Assembly (NCBI RefSeq): GCF_004010195.1
Contig: NC_057718.1
Span: forward strand, 6,135,988-6,199,987
Direction of reading: 5' to 3'
Length of the DNA stretch: 64,000 nucleotides
From: Chiloscyllium plagiosum
Lineage: Eukaryota
Positions 37,354 through 50,379 of this stretch are shown here, in pieces (positions within the stretch are counted from its first letter, which is position 1; the number at the start of each line of letters is the position of its first letter). The translations under genes were made by a program, and so were the position numbers. A model generated the notes under the pieces. It was not told the DNA's origin and searched no databases. It saw only the letters and a list, made by a program, of their open reading frames with translations.

Positions 37354-39753
37354 CTTGAAGAGAAATAAATGCCTTGAGTTAAATATTCAATGGATATGGA
37401 AACATAGAAAATCAGAGCAGGAGTAGGCCCTTTGAGCTTGTTCCACCATTCAATATGATCATGGCTGATCATTCAAATCAATATCCTGTTTCTGATTTCT
37501 CTCTATGATCCCTTCAGGCCTAAAAACTGCATCTAACTCCTTCAGTGTTTTAGCCTCAATCATATTCCATGCCAGAGAATTCCACAGACTCACCACTCTC
37601 TGGATGAAGACAGTTCTCCATTTCAATCCTCAATGACCCACCCCATATCCTGCAATCCTTGATTCTGGATTGTCCAGTCATTGGAATATCCTTCCTCAAT
37701 TATCCTGAACAATCTGTAAAGAAGGGTAACTGAAGAAAGGAATGCCTGGCTTTTGCAGTCCCAGGAATTGGGGCCTCCCACACTGTCCATCACTGCAAAC
37801 ATGGAGCTCAGACTGGGCAGCAGCTTAGCAGTATCATTCTCAGTCCTAGGTCAGACAAAATTCAGCCCAATGTGGTACTAATGGATTGCCACACTATTGT
37901 AGAACATAAAAGGCTATGGGCAAAGTGTTGGAAAGTGCTGGATTCGAATAGATGGATGTTTGATGATTGGTGCAAACTCCATGGACTGATGGGCCCCTTT
38001 CTGTGATGTCAAAAACTCTATGACTCAATGATGATTGGAGATGCCATCTATCAAATAAGATCCAAAGGCATTCTGTCTCGTCTGGTGAAAATACAAGATT
38101 CTATTGTACTACTTGAAAGAAAAATCTTCTGACATCATAGATCATATATTTTCCTCAACCAATATCAATAATGTGGGGGTGCTGGTGTTGGACTAGGGTG
38201 GACAAAGATACAATCACACAACACCAGGTTATAGTCCAACAGGTATCAATACCAATAAAACAGCTCACCTGGTCATGTATGCTTCGCTTTTTGTGGGATC
38301 CTGCTGTGCACAGAATGAGAGCCATGTGACTTACAGAGACTACAATATCTAATTGGCTGTAAAACATTGTGACACATCCTGAGGTTGTGAAACATTTCTT
38401 TCTCTCAGACATTGAATGTCCAAAATCCTGCCTTAAAAATGTTTTATGTCACAGCGAAGAAAACGTCCAGAGCCAAGTCTGGATATGAAACCATTTTGAA
38501 AAAAGCTCCCTCTTGACTGCTTTAAATGCTTCAGCCACGAACAACCTTCAAGAAAATTTTCCAATGCCATCCTGTGTCAATGGGGCATTGCTAGTCTAAT
38601 TTCATTCAGAAAGTCACTATCCTTGGATTTTAATTAAATGTGAAGGAGCTTGGGGATATGTTGAGGTTGTCAGCCCTTTTGGGTCCAACGCTGTCACATC
38701 ATTTCACGTTGGCAGAGGCAGGCTCTCTGGTAGACAGATTCTATAATCCTGCACCATTTGTGGGCTACCTCAAACCGGACACTGCTGCCAATCTGCCAGC
38801 GAGCCATCTGGAAGTTATTACATTTTTGTTTCTCAACAGTAAACAGCTCCTTTCTGTTTCTGGGAGTGATATTACAGAGCAGGATGCTGTTCCCATTTTC
38901 TAAGTTGAAAAAGTTCATGATAAATGGTAGCTGTGTGCAATATAAATGCAAAAATGTGTGAACTCCAAAACATCAAACCTTAGATGTTCTTAATTGCAGC
39001 TAATTTCTCAAATGTAACTGAAAATGCCTGGGTGTTAAATGTGGATTAAAGTCTTCCTTCTTTGTTATATGCAGTTAGGGCGTAATTTTTATGGGGTGTA
39101 CTAAGGTTATTTTAGAAAGAAGCAGAATTGTGAGAAATTGTGCTGTTGGCATTCTGGCAGTCACCTGGAGAAACATCATTGATTTTTTTTTACGACATGA
39201 AGACAATGAGAGTTTTAAAAACAAACCTCTTGGATGGATTTGTCTTAGATGACCTACAAGTCTGCTTTGCATAAAGAACATGGTGCAATGCAACATAACC
39301 CAGTACAATGGGTCACTGAAGATTAGTTAAAACCTCTCTATTCTTGACAGATTAGATACTAACTCAAACAAAAACATCAAAAGGTTAGCCATAACACAAG
39401 GAAAGTAATCCAATTTACTGGAAAACAATTTATTGGCACACAGCAAACAGTAACTGGTGTTTTCTATTTTGTGTTTTTTCAAACTGAGTCTGAGAAAGGC
39501 TTGTTGGTACTGATACATGAACTATTCAATAAAGGAACACACGCGAATGTTTGAATCTATCGAGTGAATTAGTCAATACAGTTTACAAAAGGAATGTCAG
39601 ACTGTGGATTCTTCTTAACATCCTTTCCTCCTTTATTCTGTCATGGGGTGTCAATGGTAGAGCCAGTATATTTTGTTTGCCCCGAAATACTCTTGAACTG
39701 AGTGGCTTACCAGGGATTGTAGAGCATTTCAGTCCACAGCCAGAGTATATTGG

Positions 39754-40093
39754 GGCAGCATGGTGACTCAGTGGTTAGCACTGCCACCTCACAGAGCCAG
39801 GATCTGGGTTTGATTCCACCCTTGGGCAACTATCTGTGTGGAGTTTTCTCTCTGCGTCTGCGTGGGTTTCCCCAGGGTGCTCTGATTTCCTCCCACAGTC
39901 CAAAGATGTGCTGGTGAGGTGGATTGGCCATGCTAAATTGTCCATAGTGTCCAGCGGTGTGCTGGCTAGATGGATTAGTCATAAAATGTGCAGAGTCACA
40001 GAGATGAGGTGGGTCTGAGTGGGATGTTGTTCGGAGGCTCAATGTGGACTTGCTGGGCCGGATGGCCTGTTTCCACACTGTAGGGATTCTGTG
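39754..40093 (+). mobile_element. HE1-like SINE
   Basis: gggcagcatggtgactcagtggttagcactg...ggcctgtttccacactgtagggattct. Confidence 0.85.
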
Positions 40094-41099
40094 ATAACAT
40101 ATTCCTCTACAATTATTCAGGCTATTAGAAAGTATCATTGGCAGTTTCTGAAGGTTAAACATAGTAATTATTTGATGAAGCAAGAGTGTGTCAAATGATT
40201 TCGCAAATTGTGGAAAGTCCAAGCCTCCAAGAAGGGAGGGTGTGATTGACTGTCCGATCTCCAATGCCTTGAGTAAATCCTGTTGTGGAAAGCTGGGAGT
40301 GTCTGCTGGCTCATTGAGTCAGAAAACAGGCTGAGGCTTTCATCAATGATCTAAGTCTAGGTCGTGTGAAGTCACCTTGTCCAGAATAGAACTGACCATA
40401 TGGTTCACACTGATAAGTAAGTTCAGAGGAGGTTTGAAGATATTTAAAATCAATCTGTGATAACTCTAGAACTGAAACAGGAAAACTGTATAAGGTACAA
40501 CATCTGGTTTAGACTTTGATTCTACTCTCTTGCAAAGTCACAGGAGTAATGTCAGGAGGTATGTATTTAGCTCACAAGGCGACATTAATATAATCCCTAT
40601 TATCTTAATGAATGACGACCGCTTTGAATATAAACTAGAGTGCTTTTAAGATTACATGAGTAATCAGAGATATGTGTGTGGTGGATGCGGCATATTTGGA
40701 AGGAATATGTGGATTTGAAACAATGTTTTGTAAAGCTCCCAGAAATAACATTTTCCCTTATTTCCAACTTGGGTCACTTTCAGTGAAATGAATATAGATT
40801 TCTCTGATTAACAAACTAATTCAATTATGCTGGAATCATGTGAATACCAGGATAGTTGAAAGGAAGAAAGATTTTTTTTTTCTCATTTTCTTTAATACCA
40901 TGATCTGAAAAAAGAGTTGGCTTTGATCCAAGAGCACTCGTGTTTACGGACAGAATCAGTACTGATTCGAAATGATGCTCCAACAATTGTTCTTTTTTTG
41001 GGAAATTATACTTTTCATAGCTCAAAGAAAGGTAACAGCACAGGAGGTGGTCATTTGGCTGATTGTGTCTGCACCAGCTCTGTAAACAAGATACTCTGA

Positions 41100-41325
41100 G
41101 AGGGGAAGTAGGTACTGCAGATGCTGGAGATTAGAGTCAAGATTAGAGTTGCGCTGGGAAAGCACAGCAGGTCAGGCACATCAAAGGAGCAGAAAAATTG
41201 ACGTTTTGGGCAAAAGCTCATTCCTAATGAAGGCATTTTGCCCGAAACATCCATTTTCCTGATCCTCGGATGCTGCCTGACCTGCTGTGCTTTCCCAGCA
41301 CCACTCTAATCTCGATCCCAATCTA
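41100..41325. mobile_element. Palindromic Penelope-terminus derivative (subfamily A)
   Basis: Inverted arms gattagagt..gctgggaaagcacagcaggtcaggca and tgcctgacctgctgtgctttcccagcaccactctaatc. Confidence 0.8.
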
Positions 41326-42645
41326 CTCTGAGTGTCCATTCTGCTGTGCTGTATTTGGTAGCCTGTCCATTTTAACACCAATGGATGATCTCAGTGCCTT
41401 CTTTTCATAATCCTTGCAAATTGAAACAGTGGTTTAAAAAAAAAGCCTGTTGGTAATGATTAAATGGGGTGTTACTGAAATGAACTGGAATCAACCCCTT
41501 CCTCTGATACTAAAAATAAGACATCTGCTAAAACAGAGAAACTTGAAACAGATGTGTTTAGTATCTGCACAGGATAATGTCTGCACCCCGCTTCGATTTT
41601 TAAACAATTCTATAAAAGCCTCAACAATGCACAACAACGAAAACTTATTCTGACGATTCGCATTAAGACTTGATTGTGGATACTTTAAGATCTCCTTGCT
41701 AGTTGCATGGCAATCGTATAAAAGCAATTTAAGGGATCTGCAAATAATTTTGAATGTAAAAGCAACTGTGTAATAATAACTCGTTAATCTGTAATCACAA
41801 TTGTGTCATTGCATTTGGGGCTGTCAAGTTCCAAGATATTGCAACTGATTACCAAAAACCTGTTTCAGGATGATTTCCATTTACACATGAAGGAGTTGAA
41901 CTGGATTTCAATCTATTCCTTTGGTCCCCTGAACGGGCACTGACATTGACATGTATTGCAACAACTATTACCAAAAGAAGCCGATGGTTAACTTATGTAA
42001 TTGAAGCTGCATTATAGTCAAGGGAATTAATGTCATCAATTACATTCTTTTCTAATTGCCTGGAAAATTATGTAACATTTTTGTTTCAATAGGTTTGGCT
42101 CCATACCCATGCAGTTCACAGAATCATAGAATCCCTACAGCATGAAATCAGGCCATTCGGCCAATCGAGTCCATACCAACCCTCCAAAAGAGCGTCCCAA
42201 ACAGACCCACTGTAACCCTGCATTTCCCATGGCTAATCCGCACAGCCTGCACATCCCTGGACACTAGGGGCACTTTAGCATAGCCAATCCACCTAACCTG
42301 CACATCTTTGGACAAAAATAGAAATGAGCAGAGCTGGCAGCATCTGTGGAGAGAAATCAAAGTTAATATTTCTAGTCGAGTGATTCTTCCTCAGACATCA
42401 GTCCTCTGGACTGTGGGAGGAAACTAGAGCACCTTTGTTCAGGCCATTCAGCCCATTGCTGGTTCTCCCTCACTTTGTCAGACATGGAAGCTTTTTTCCT
42501 CCCAGTGACAGCTTTCCAATCAGTCCCTGGATTCTGGGATCCAGATAAGTCAGTTACCATACCATTATCCACCCTGTATCACTGCTTCATACGGACTCTA
42601 ACCTACAAAAAGACAGACAAGAATCATGAAGACAATTGAGATTAC

Positions 42646-42788
42646 CGTTTCATCAATGGGGTCTCCAGTCATGGGAGCGTAGATAACCCGATAACCCCGG
42701 ACTCGACCAATGGCAGGGTCCCACTTCACTGTCAGGCTGTGAGATGTGGCATTGTAAACTTGGAGGTTACGAGGGGGAGTGGGAGTGG
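42646..42788 (-). CDS. COL12A1: COL12A1 exon, FN3-13 first half: [47 protein letters not shown]
   Basis: Acceptor ctctacag, donor gtaatc; 143 nt, phase 1-0. Confidence 0.94.
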
Positions 42789-42835
42789 CTGTAGAGTAAA
42801 TAGACATCATGAGAATTAATGCCATTTCCTCCCTC

Positions 42836-43110
42836 TTAGAGTCATGGATATTTACAATACGGAAACAGACCCTTTGTTCCAACTCATTCATGCCGACCAG
42901 ATATCTTAACCTAATCTAGTCTCATTTGCCAGAACTTGGTCCATATCGCTCTCAACGCTTCCTAATCATGTACACATCAAGATGCCTTTTAAAAGCTGTA
43001 ATTGTACTAGCCTCCACCACTTCCTCTGGCAGCTCATTCCATACATGCACCACCCTCTGTGTGAAAACGTTACCCCTTAGGTCCCTTTTATATCTTTCCC
43101 CTTTCATCCT
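42836..43110 (-). mobile_element. CR1 3' fragment
   Basis: Reverse complement of the 7730-8000 type sequence. Confidence 0.85.
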
Positions 43111-43129
43111 TTAGAAAAAGATAAAAGAA

Positions 43130-43450
43130 TCTGATAGCATTAGCATCTTTCACAAGCTTAGGACATTCACACTCCACAACCTTCTGAAGTGAAGTCAATG
43201 TGGGAAATGCAGCAGCCAATTTACACACAGTAAAATCCCATCAACAGCAGGGTGATAACAACCAGATTATTTGTTTTTCCATGATTTTGGTTCAGAAAGC
43301 ATAAGCCAGAACACCAGAGAAAAATCCTTGCATCTTACTTTGAACTAATATCATGGGCTTTTTCCCATTCATTGGAGGGTTAAATTAAGTGTCAGTACAA
43401 GATCTAATGGAAAGATGGAATCTCAGACAAGTGCAGTACTGGGCAGTGCG
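43130..43450 (-). mobile_element. Deu-domain SINE, old
   Basis: gggaaatgcagcagccaattt...cacagtaaaatccca..aacagca..gtgataa is the reverse complement of the Deu core and tail. Confidence 0.55.
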
Positions 43451-44776
43451 AACGTCAGCCAGAACGATGAGCTCGAGGTTGGAAATTTTCAATTTCTGGC
43501 CAAGCAGACCAGCTTTACAATAAAGCTGCTTCTTAATTGCAATAACATGCCTCAGGCTCACCTTTTCAGAACATCCTCTGTTGTAACACATAGGCATTTG
43601 TGTGTGCGTGTCTCTCCAGGCACCTCCACAGCATGTCTCTCAGTGAGCAATGCCAAAATCAGTGCCAGACTTGGAGTGGTTATTGTATGCAGCAGCCTTA
43701 CTCACTAACAACAGTACTCCAGCTGTCAAAACGCATTTCACGTCAGATTTTCTAAGGCAACAGATGGATTCCCTAAGCTGGGTTTGAATATTAGATCATT
43801 ACATCCTCCTCAGTCATCCACAATTACACTTTGTATTTTGTAAAATACTTTAGCAGCACAGTAGATAGGTAATTTGCATGTTCATGGGAAACCTCCTGGC
43901 AAACGTTTACTACTGAATTCCTGAAGAACTCCACTGCAATTCTGTGGAGACCATTTGGCCCATCAAGCATGTTCCATCATTTTACCAGTTTGCATGGTGC
44001 TTATCGTGGACAAACACTTGAAAGGGAGTATATTTGCAGTGTCATAAGGAAAAATAAAGTGGCACAAGGAATGTGGATAACTCATTCAAACAGCCGTTCC
44101 AGGCAAAGATGAGATGAATGGTCTCTTCTAGTATTGCAAGACCTACAATTTTATTTAATCCAGATGACAGTTACATCATGGACCGTACATTTATGAATGA
44201 GAGAAAAAAAACATATTGCAAACATGTTTTTGCATAAAGGCAGTGTTCCATTTATATGATCATTCACAATAATTCTTGTTCAGTATTTTCATTCATGATA
44301 TCAAGGTAAATGTGAGTCCCAGGAGGGGTCTGAGCCCACAGGAGGCAAGGATCAAAGGGAGAAATTACAATTGTTTTGGTATCTTCATGCTGCTCCCTTG
44401 GAGGAACATGTAAAGCATCAGAAGGAGGAACAGGTTGAGTAACAACCTGACAGATTGAAATTTTACTGGTTCCTCTGTGGTTCTGATAATCTTTCTCCGA
44501 GCCTGGGGACCTTAGTCTCACCAGAACCTAGAGAAGAAAGCAGTGCACTCATCCAGCTGATGGAGGTAAAAGATCATTTGGAAATTCCGAGGAAGAGTTT
44601 TGGTGTACAGGCACTGGGAATGTCTGGAACTGGGTTCATTTAAATTCAGAAACAGGAGTTCTCCCAGAAAGAAAATCCTTACAGACCCAGAGATAAACAT
44701 GGCAGTTTGATACTCTGATTCACATGTTTTGTAAGCAGAGATTTACCAATGAAAGTAACAGAAACTGAACACTTAC

Positions 44777-44803
44777 AGGGTGTAATTGGAATCGTCTTGG
44801 GCA
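44777..44803 (-). CDS. COL12A1: COL12A1 27-nt micro-exon, inter-FN3 linker (L)PKTIPITP(S)
   Basis: Acceptor ttttttttag, consensus donor gtaagt; phase 1-1; in frame between ...GSQRT and TPTPPRNLQ... Confidence 0.85.
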
Positions 44804-45939
44804 CTAAAAAAAATTAAAAGAGGGCATTTGTTAATATCAGGTGTTTTCGTTAAAGTAGAGCAAAAATCTGGTCAACATTCAGAACTCGTTAAATTCTCAA
44901 GTTTATAGTCACAGTGAACGAAATTCTGAAGAAGGGTCACTGGATCCAAAACATTAACCCTGCTTTCTCTCCACAACTGCTGCCAGACCTTCTGAGTTTC
45001 CCCAGCAATAGAATAGAGCCATAGAAACCCTACAGTATGGAAGCAGGCCATGCAGCCTATTGAGTCTACACAGTACCTCTGAAGATCGTGCCACCCAGAT
45101 ACGCTCCCCACAACCACCATATCTCTGTAACCTAATGGCTAATCCACCTCGCCTGCACTTACCTGGACACTATGGCCATTTTCCTATTCCCAATCGACCT
45201 AACTTGCACATCTTTGGACTTTAGTTCTCTTATTGTGCTGTGCAACTTTGGAAAAATATGGCAGAAAGTTTAGCAAGAGAGACAAGATAAAAGTGACCTA
45301 AGAAAATGATAATAACACTCAGCAGGTCTGGCAATGGCTGAGGCAAAAAAAAAGTGTTAACTTTTCAGGTGGATAATCTTTCATCCAAACTGGTAAAACT
45401 AAATTTTTAAAAGGCTTTAAGCAGGTTTAAAGGAGAGAGGGGCAGCAACACAAGGGAAAGTAATTGATCAGCTAGAGGAGACGTGAAATTAAATAATGAA
45501 AGAGTTGGTTGAGCAAGTAAAGAAATAAGACAAGCTGCCATTCAAAAGCAAAACTGAAAAAAAAAATTATTTAAAGGAGAAAACTTCAAAGAAAAACAAA
45601 GCAAAATGGAGGGAGTGACTATGGTCCAACATTGCTGAATTCAAAGTTAGTTGTGGAAGGCTAAAAGGTGTCTAACTGAAGGTTGAGTTGCTGCTTGTTA
45701 AGCTTACATTGAGCTCCACTGGAACAGTGCGGGAGCCCAAGGACAGCAAAGTCAGTGAAAGAGCAGGGCAAAATTGATACTAGGAGATGTAAGGAAAAAT
45801 TTCAGAAACTGGAATGAAGTAGAATTCTCTCTGGGTAAATAGGGTAGGGGTGGGGGCAACAGACTGAAGTGAATCCTCATGAAAGCTTATTTAACACACC
45901 AGTAAACACAGGTCTAAGCAACAGGGATGTGCATCACTG

Positions 45940-46170
45940 GAACAAAAACGGAACTTTCTGAAAAACATCAACATGGCCAGCAGCAGGGGTGGAGAGAAAG
46001 CAGAGTTAATGTTTTGGGTCCAGTGATCCTTCTTCAGAGCTGTTCCAAAGAAGGGTCACTGGACCCGAAACATTAACTCTGCTTCACCAATGCTGCCAGA
46101 CCAGCTGAGATTGTCCAGAAATGTGTTTTTGTTTCAGATTCCTAGCATCTGCAGTTCTTTGTGATTTTGT
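45940..46170. mobile_element. Palindromic Penelope-terminus derivative (subfamily B)
   Basis: agagttaatgttttgggtccagtgatccttctt and aagaagggtcactggacccgaaacattaactct are inverted. Confidence 0.8.
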
Positions 46171-46422
46171 TCATTGTGTATCAGTAGATCATGAACAGCA
46201 TGAGATAGTGAGGTTGAATTCCTTCAAATGGGACACACTAATTAAGACAGATTGCCTTTCCAATCACCTTACTTGCTTCTGTTAAAACACATGGTCTGGT
46301 ATTGTTTAGCGTTTCATAAAAACAAACATCAATGATTAGCAATCTGATGTCATCCAATAAAGTTAACATGGGACAATCTAGATGGAATGCATCAAGAAAA
46401 TATCAACTGATTGTCACATAAT

Positions 46423-47330
46423 GGAAAAAGTGAGGACTGCAGATGCTGGAGATCATGGTAGAAGAGTGTGGTGCTGGAAAAGCACAGCAGGTCAGACAGC
46501 ATGAGTTTTGGGCATGAGCCCTTCATCAGGAATGAGGCTTGTGGTACCACGGGCTGACAGATAAATGGGAGGGGAATGGGGGCTGGGGAGAAGATAGCAT
46601 GAATGCGATAGGTAGATGAAGATGGGGGAGAAGGTGATAAGTCAGAGAGGAGGGTGGAGCAGATAGATGGGAAAGACGATGGACAGTTCAAGAGGGTGGT
46701 GCTGAGTTAGAGGCCTGGGACTGGGATCAGATGGGGGAAGGGGAAATGGGAAACTGGTGAAATTCAAATTAATCCTGTATGGTTGCAGGGACCCAAGATC
46801 GAAGATGATGCATTCTTCCTCCAGGCGTCGGGGGGTTAGGGTTTGGCGATGGAGGAGGTCGAGGACCTGCGTGTCCTTGGTGGAGTGGGAAGGGGAGTTG
46901 AAGTGTTCAGGCACAGGACGGTGGGGTTGGTTGGTGCGGGTGGCCCAGAGATGTTCTCTGAAAAGATCTGCAAGTTGGTGTCCTGTCTCCCCAACGTAAA
47001 GGAGACCACATCGGGTGTAACAGGTACAGTAGATGACATTGGTGGAGGTACAGGTAAATGTCTGTTGGTGTGGAAGGACCTTTTGCAGCCTTGGGTGGAG
47101 GTGAGTGGGCATGTGCAGATTTTGCACTTCGTGCGGTGGCAAGGGAAGGTGCTGGGAATGGGTTGACAAGGGAGTCTAGGAGGGAATGGTCTCTCTGGAA
47201 TGCTGATAGGGGTGGGGAGGGAAATATATCCCTTGTGGTGGGGTCTGTTTGTAGGTGGCAAAAGTGGCAGAGGATGATGTGATGTATATGGAGGTTGGTG
47301 GGGTGGAAGGTGAGGACCAGGGGGTTCCAT
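46423..47330 (-). mobile_element. Penelope-like retroelement, 5'-truncated, with GIY-YIG endonuclease region and 3' terminus
   Basis: ORF 46642..47169: FTCTSTNVIYC..TRCGLLYVGETG..LADLFREH...VPEHFNSPSHS...RRLEEE..IFDLGSLQP. Confidence 0.9.
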
Positions 47331-47682
47331 CCTTATCCAAAGATCATAATCCCAAGATAGGCAGACAGTACAACTGGAGCCAACATTTTCTCGACAAGGA
47401 GGAGATAATGAATTTGATGGTGGGGGATATTGGCTCATTATATTCGAGACAGGTAGAAAAACTGTGTTAACATTTAAGATCGATAACCTTTCACCCAAAC
47501 TGGTAAAGCTAAGCTGTTGAAAGCCTTTAAACTTTGATGAGGAATAGATTACTGAGGGGTTGAATCTCTTCCCCCTCCCTGACCAACACTATCAAGTGCC
47601 TGTTTCCAAACCACAATAGCAGAAGCAGGGATAGGGGAAAAAGGAAAAGCCTGACAAAGATGTTTTTGTGCTAAAGACTTAC

Positions 47683-47815
47683 ATGTGCGCTGGGAGCCAA
47701 GGAGATCTTCGCTTTCCATCTCATCTGGGTAGATGGCAGTAAGCGAGACATCGTATAAGGTGTCAGGAGTCAGGCTGTCTAAAACTTGGCTGTTATCCAC
47801 GCCATTTATAATCAT
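47683..47815 (-). CDS. COL12A1: COL12A1 exon, FN3-12 second half: MIINGVDNSQVLDSLTPDTLYDVSLTAIYPDEMESEDLLGSQRT
   Basis: Acceptor tgtctag, donor gtaagt; 133 nt, phase 0-1; within ORF 47549..47815. Confidence 0.94.
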
Positions 47816-48276
47816 CTAGACAGAACCAGCATCAACACTAAGGTCAATAGGGTGTCAGAACCTGGAGCCAATTTTCTTTCTGAAACCTCATTTTCCTAAT
47901 GAAATGGGAGGCTTCAATTTGATATCATCCAGGCAACTACAGTAATCATACCCTGAATTTCTTAACCTCTGACTGCAGCCACTGTCCCAAATTTGGAATG
48001 ATCTGCTCAGTGAATAAATACTCTTATGTAGTTGATTCAACTAGGCCCAACATCGCTAATGCACAATGGTCAAAATCAATTTGTGTAGCCATAATATGAA
48101 TGCACAGGTAAAGAATATGTTTATGGACTTTGCTACAAGTGATTGAAAGGACTCTTCCCATTGTGATGTATATCAATTTTAATATCATTTATTTTTAGGT
48201 TTAATTTGAAAATTAGTGATATATGGGTTTTTCAGTGTGTCTGAAGTGTTTAATTTATAAGCATTTTTGTCACCAT

Positions 48277-48561
48277 GATTAGATTACTTACAGTGTGGAA
48301 ACAGGCCCTTCGGCCCAACACGTCCACACCAACCCGCTGAAGCGCAACCCACCCAGACCCATTCCCCTACACCTAACACTACGGGCAATTGAGCATGACC
48401 AATTCACCTGACCTGCACATTTTTGGATTGTGGGAGGAAGCCCACGCAGACACGGGGAGAATGTGCAAACTCCACACAGGGAGTCGCCTGAGGTGGGAAT
48501 TGAACCCAGGTCTATGGCGCTGTGAGGCAGCAGTGCTAACCACTGTGCCACCGTGCCGCCC
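48277..48561 (-). mobile_element. HE1 SINE
   Basis: Reverse complement of 21833-22145 with a small internal deletion. Confidence 0.9.
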
Positions 48562-48869
48562 TTTTCTTTTAAAACAACATGATTGTGAAGTAGCTCTCAA
48601 AAGTCATGTGTTTTTGTGTACATTTGAAGAGCTTGCAACTAAGTAAGATGAACAACTGTGCATCAGGGTTCCCTTTCGAAATTTCTGAATGTGTATTTCT
48701 TTTCAAGTCTAGGGGAAAGACCAATAATTTGAAAATAAAGGGTTTTTTCAGTTTCATTCTGGGGGAGGTCTGCAGAAGTCTTTGGACAAGGATGACTCTC
48801 CACAAACCTCAACAGGTTCATCCAGGCTGTGCTAAAGGACCAAACTAGTCCCTTCCTGGTACAGTAAGG

Positions 48870-49080
48870 ATGTAGAGGTGCCAGTGTTGGACTGGGGTGG
48901 ACAAAGTCAGAAGTCACACAACACCAGGTTATAATGCAACAGGTTTATTTGAAATCACAAGCTTTCGTAACGCTACTCTCCTGACTTCACTTGACGAAGG
49001 AGCAGCACTCCAAAAGCTTGTGATTTCAAATAAGCCTGTTGGACTATAACCTGGTGTCATGTTACTTCTGACTTGGTACA
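48870..49080. mobile_element. Palindromic Penelope-terminus derivative (subfamily C)
   Basis: acaccaggttata...aacaggtttatttgaaatcacaagcttt and aaagcttgtgatttcaaataagcctgtt..tataacctggtgt are inverted. Confidence 0.8.
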
Positions 49081-49453
49081 GCCAGGGATTGGGGTTTACT
49101 ATAAATTTTCCCATTCCCCATCCAATCCAAAAGCCTGTTCACACACATGGATTTTGGGTTCAAAATAGGATTGAATGCTGTTGTGAGTCCCATCACAGTG
49201 AATGGCCCATTGGCATTCCCAATCATTATTATATGAGCCAGTTGAGATGGATTCACTGAGCTGGAATTCAGCAGAGTATGAAATTCATCTGCAAACGATG
49301 GAAGGGATAACAAAAACCTGCGCAACATCAATGGTGTACAGCAGGAACATTTCCATACATCTAAAGATCTGCCCATCTGCAATTTGCATCACATTCACCT
49401 CTTTAAGGGGAAATCAAAATGATAACAGAAACAGAAAGCACTGATCTCCTCAC

Positions 49454-49593
49454 CTCTTTTCTTTCCCCTCCTCCAGATGGAACCCAGGAGAGTCTGTAGA
49501 GGGCAACATCCCTACCTCCATGATCCCAGTGTACACGGAAACGCCTCTCCCCGATGTCGGTGAAGCGTAGGTTTGATGGAGCTGGGACAACCA
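49454..49593 (-). CDS. COL12A1: COL12A1 exon, FN3-12 first half: (L)VVPAPSNLRFTDIGERRFRVHWDHGGRDVALYRLSWVPSGGGERKE
   Basis: Acceptor actccag, donor gtgagg; 140 nt, phase 1-0; within ORF 49403..49663. Confidence 0.94.
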
Positions 49594-50379
49594 CTGGAGT
49601 GAGAGAAAACAGAAGCTGTGGGACCTTAAATGTACATGACATGAGCACTGATAACAGGATCATGGCCCAGTAGAATAGTCAGGAAAGGAAGCAGAATACA
49701 AGAAAACGTTTCAAGATACTGTCACTGTTATCTGATGTTATAACATGAATAACTTACATTTATATAGTACATTTAATGCAGTAAAGATGTTTCAAAGGAG
49801 CATAGACAGTTTAAAAAAACTGAATTGACAACAAACAAAGAATAGGATTTCTCCTCAGGTGATCAGAAGCTTCACCAAGGAGGCAGATTTTAAGACGTGT
49901 TCCATCAGGGAAGACATTAGCAAGATTTAGGACAAAAGACAGATACAAAGTCACAGTAGGCAAATTTACATTGCCATGAGCTGATGGCAGTAAGAAGATC
50001 TCTAATATGTGCAAACATTTGGCCAATATAATTTTGATTCTCTTGTATATAATAATCAGGAATAACTCTCTCCCAGCACAGTGAAGACTTAAAAACACAG
50101 TTTTTGCTCAATTCTAATATATCATTTCCAATTAAGTGCTGTGTTTCATCTCTTGCTTTGCATTTTTTCAGTGTCTGGCAAGTCATTTGGGGATAGGTTC
50201 TGGTTTTTATCTTACTCTACAATCTCTAAAAATATTGAACTTTATATCACATTACATTCCGACCAGTGCCAAACTGACATCTTTATGACTTTCAGAGCCC
50301 TGCAGGGATAGACGCATGATGTCCCATACATCATACATCCAGTTTGGAAAGCATTGCTCAGAATATTGTGGGATATTCT

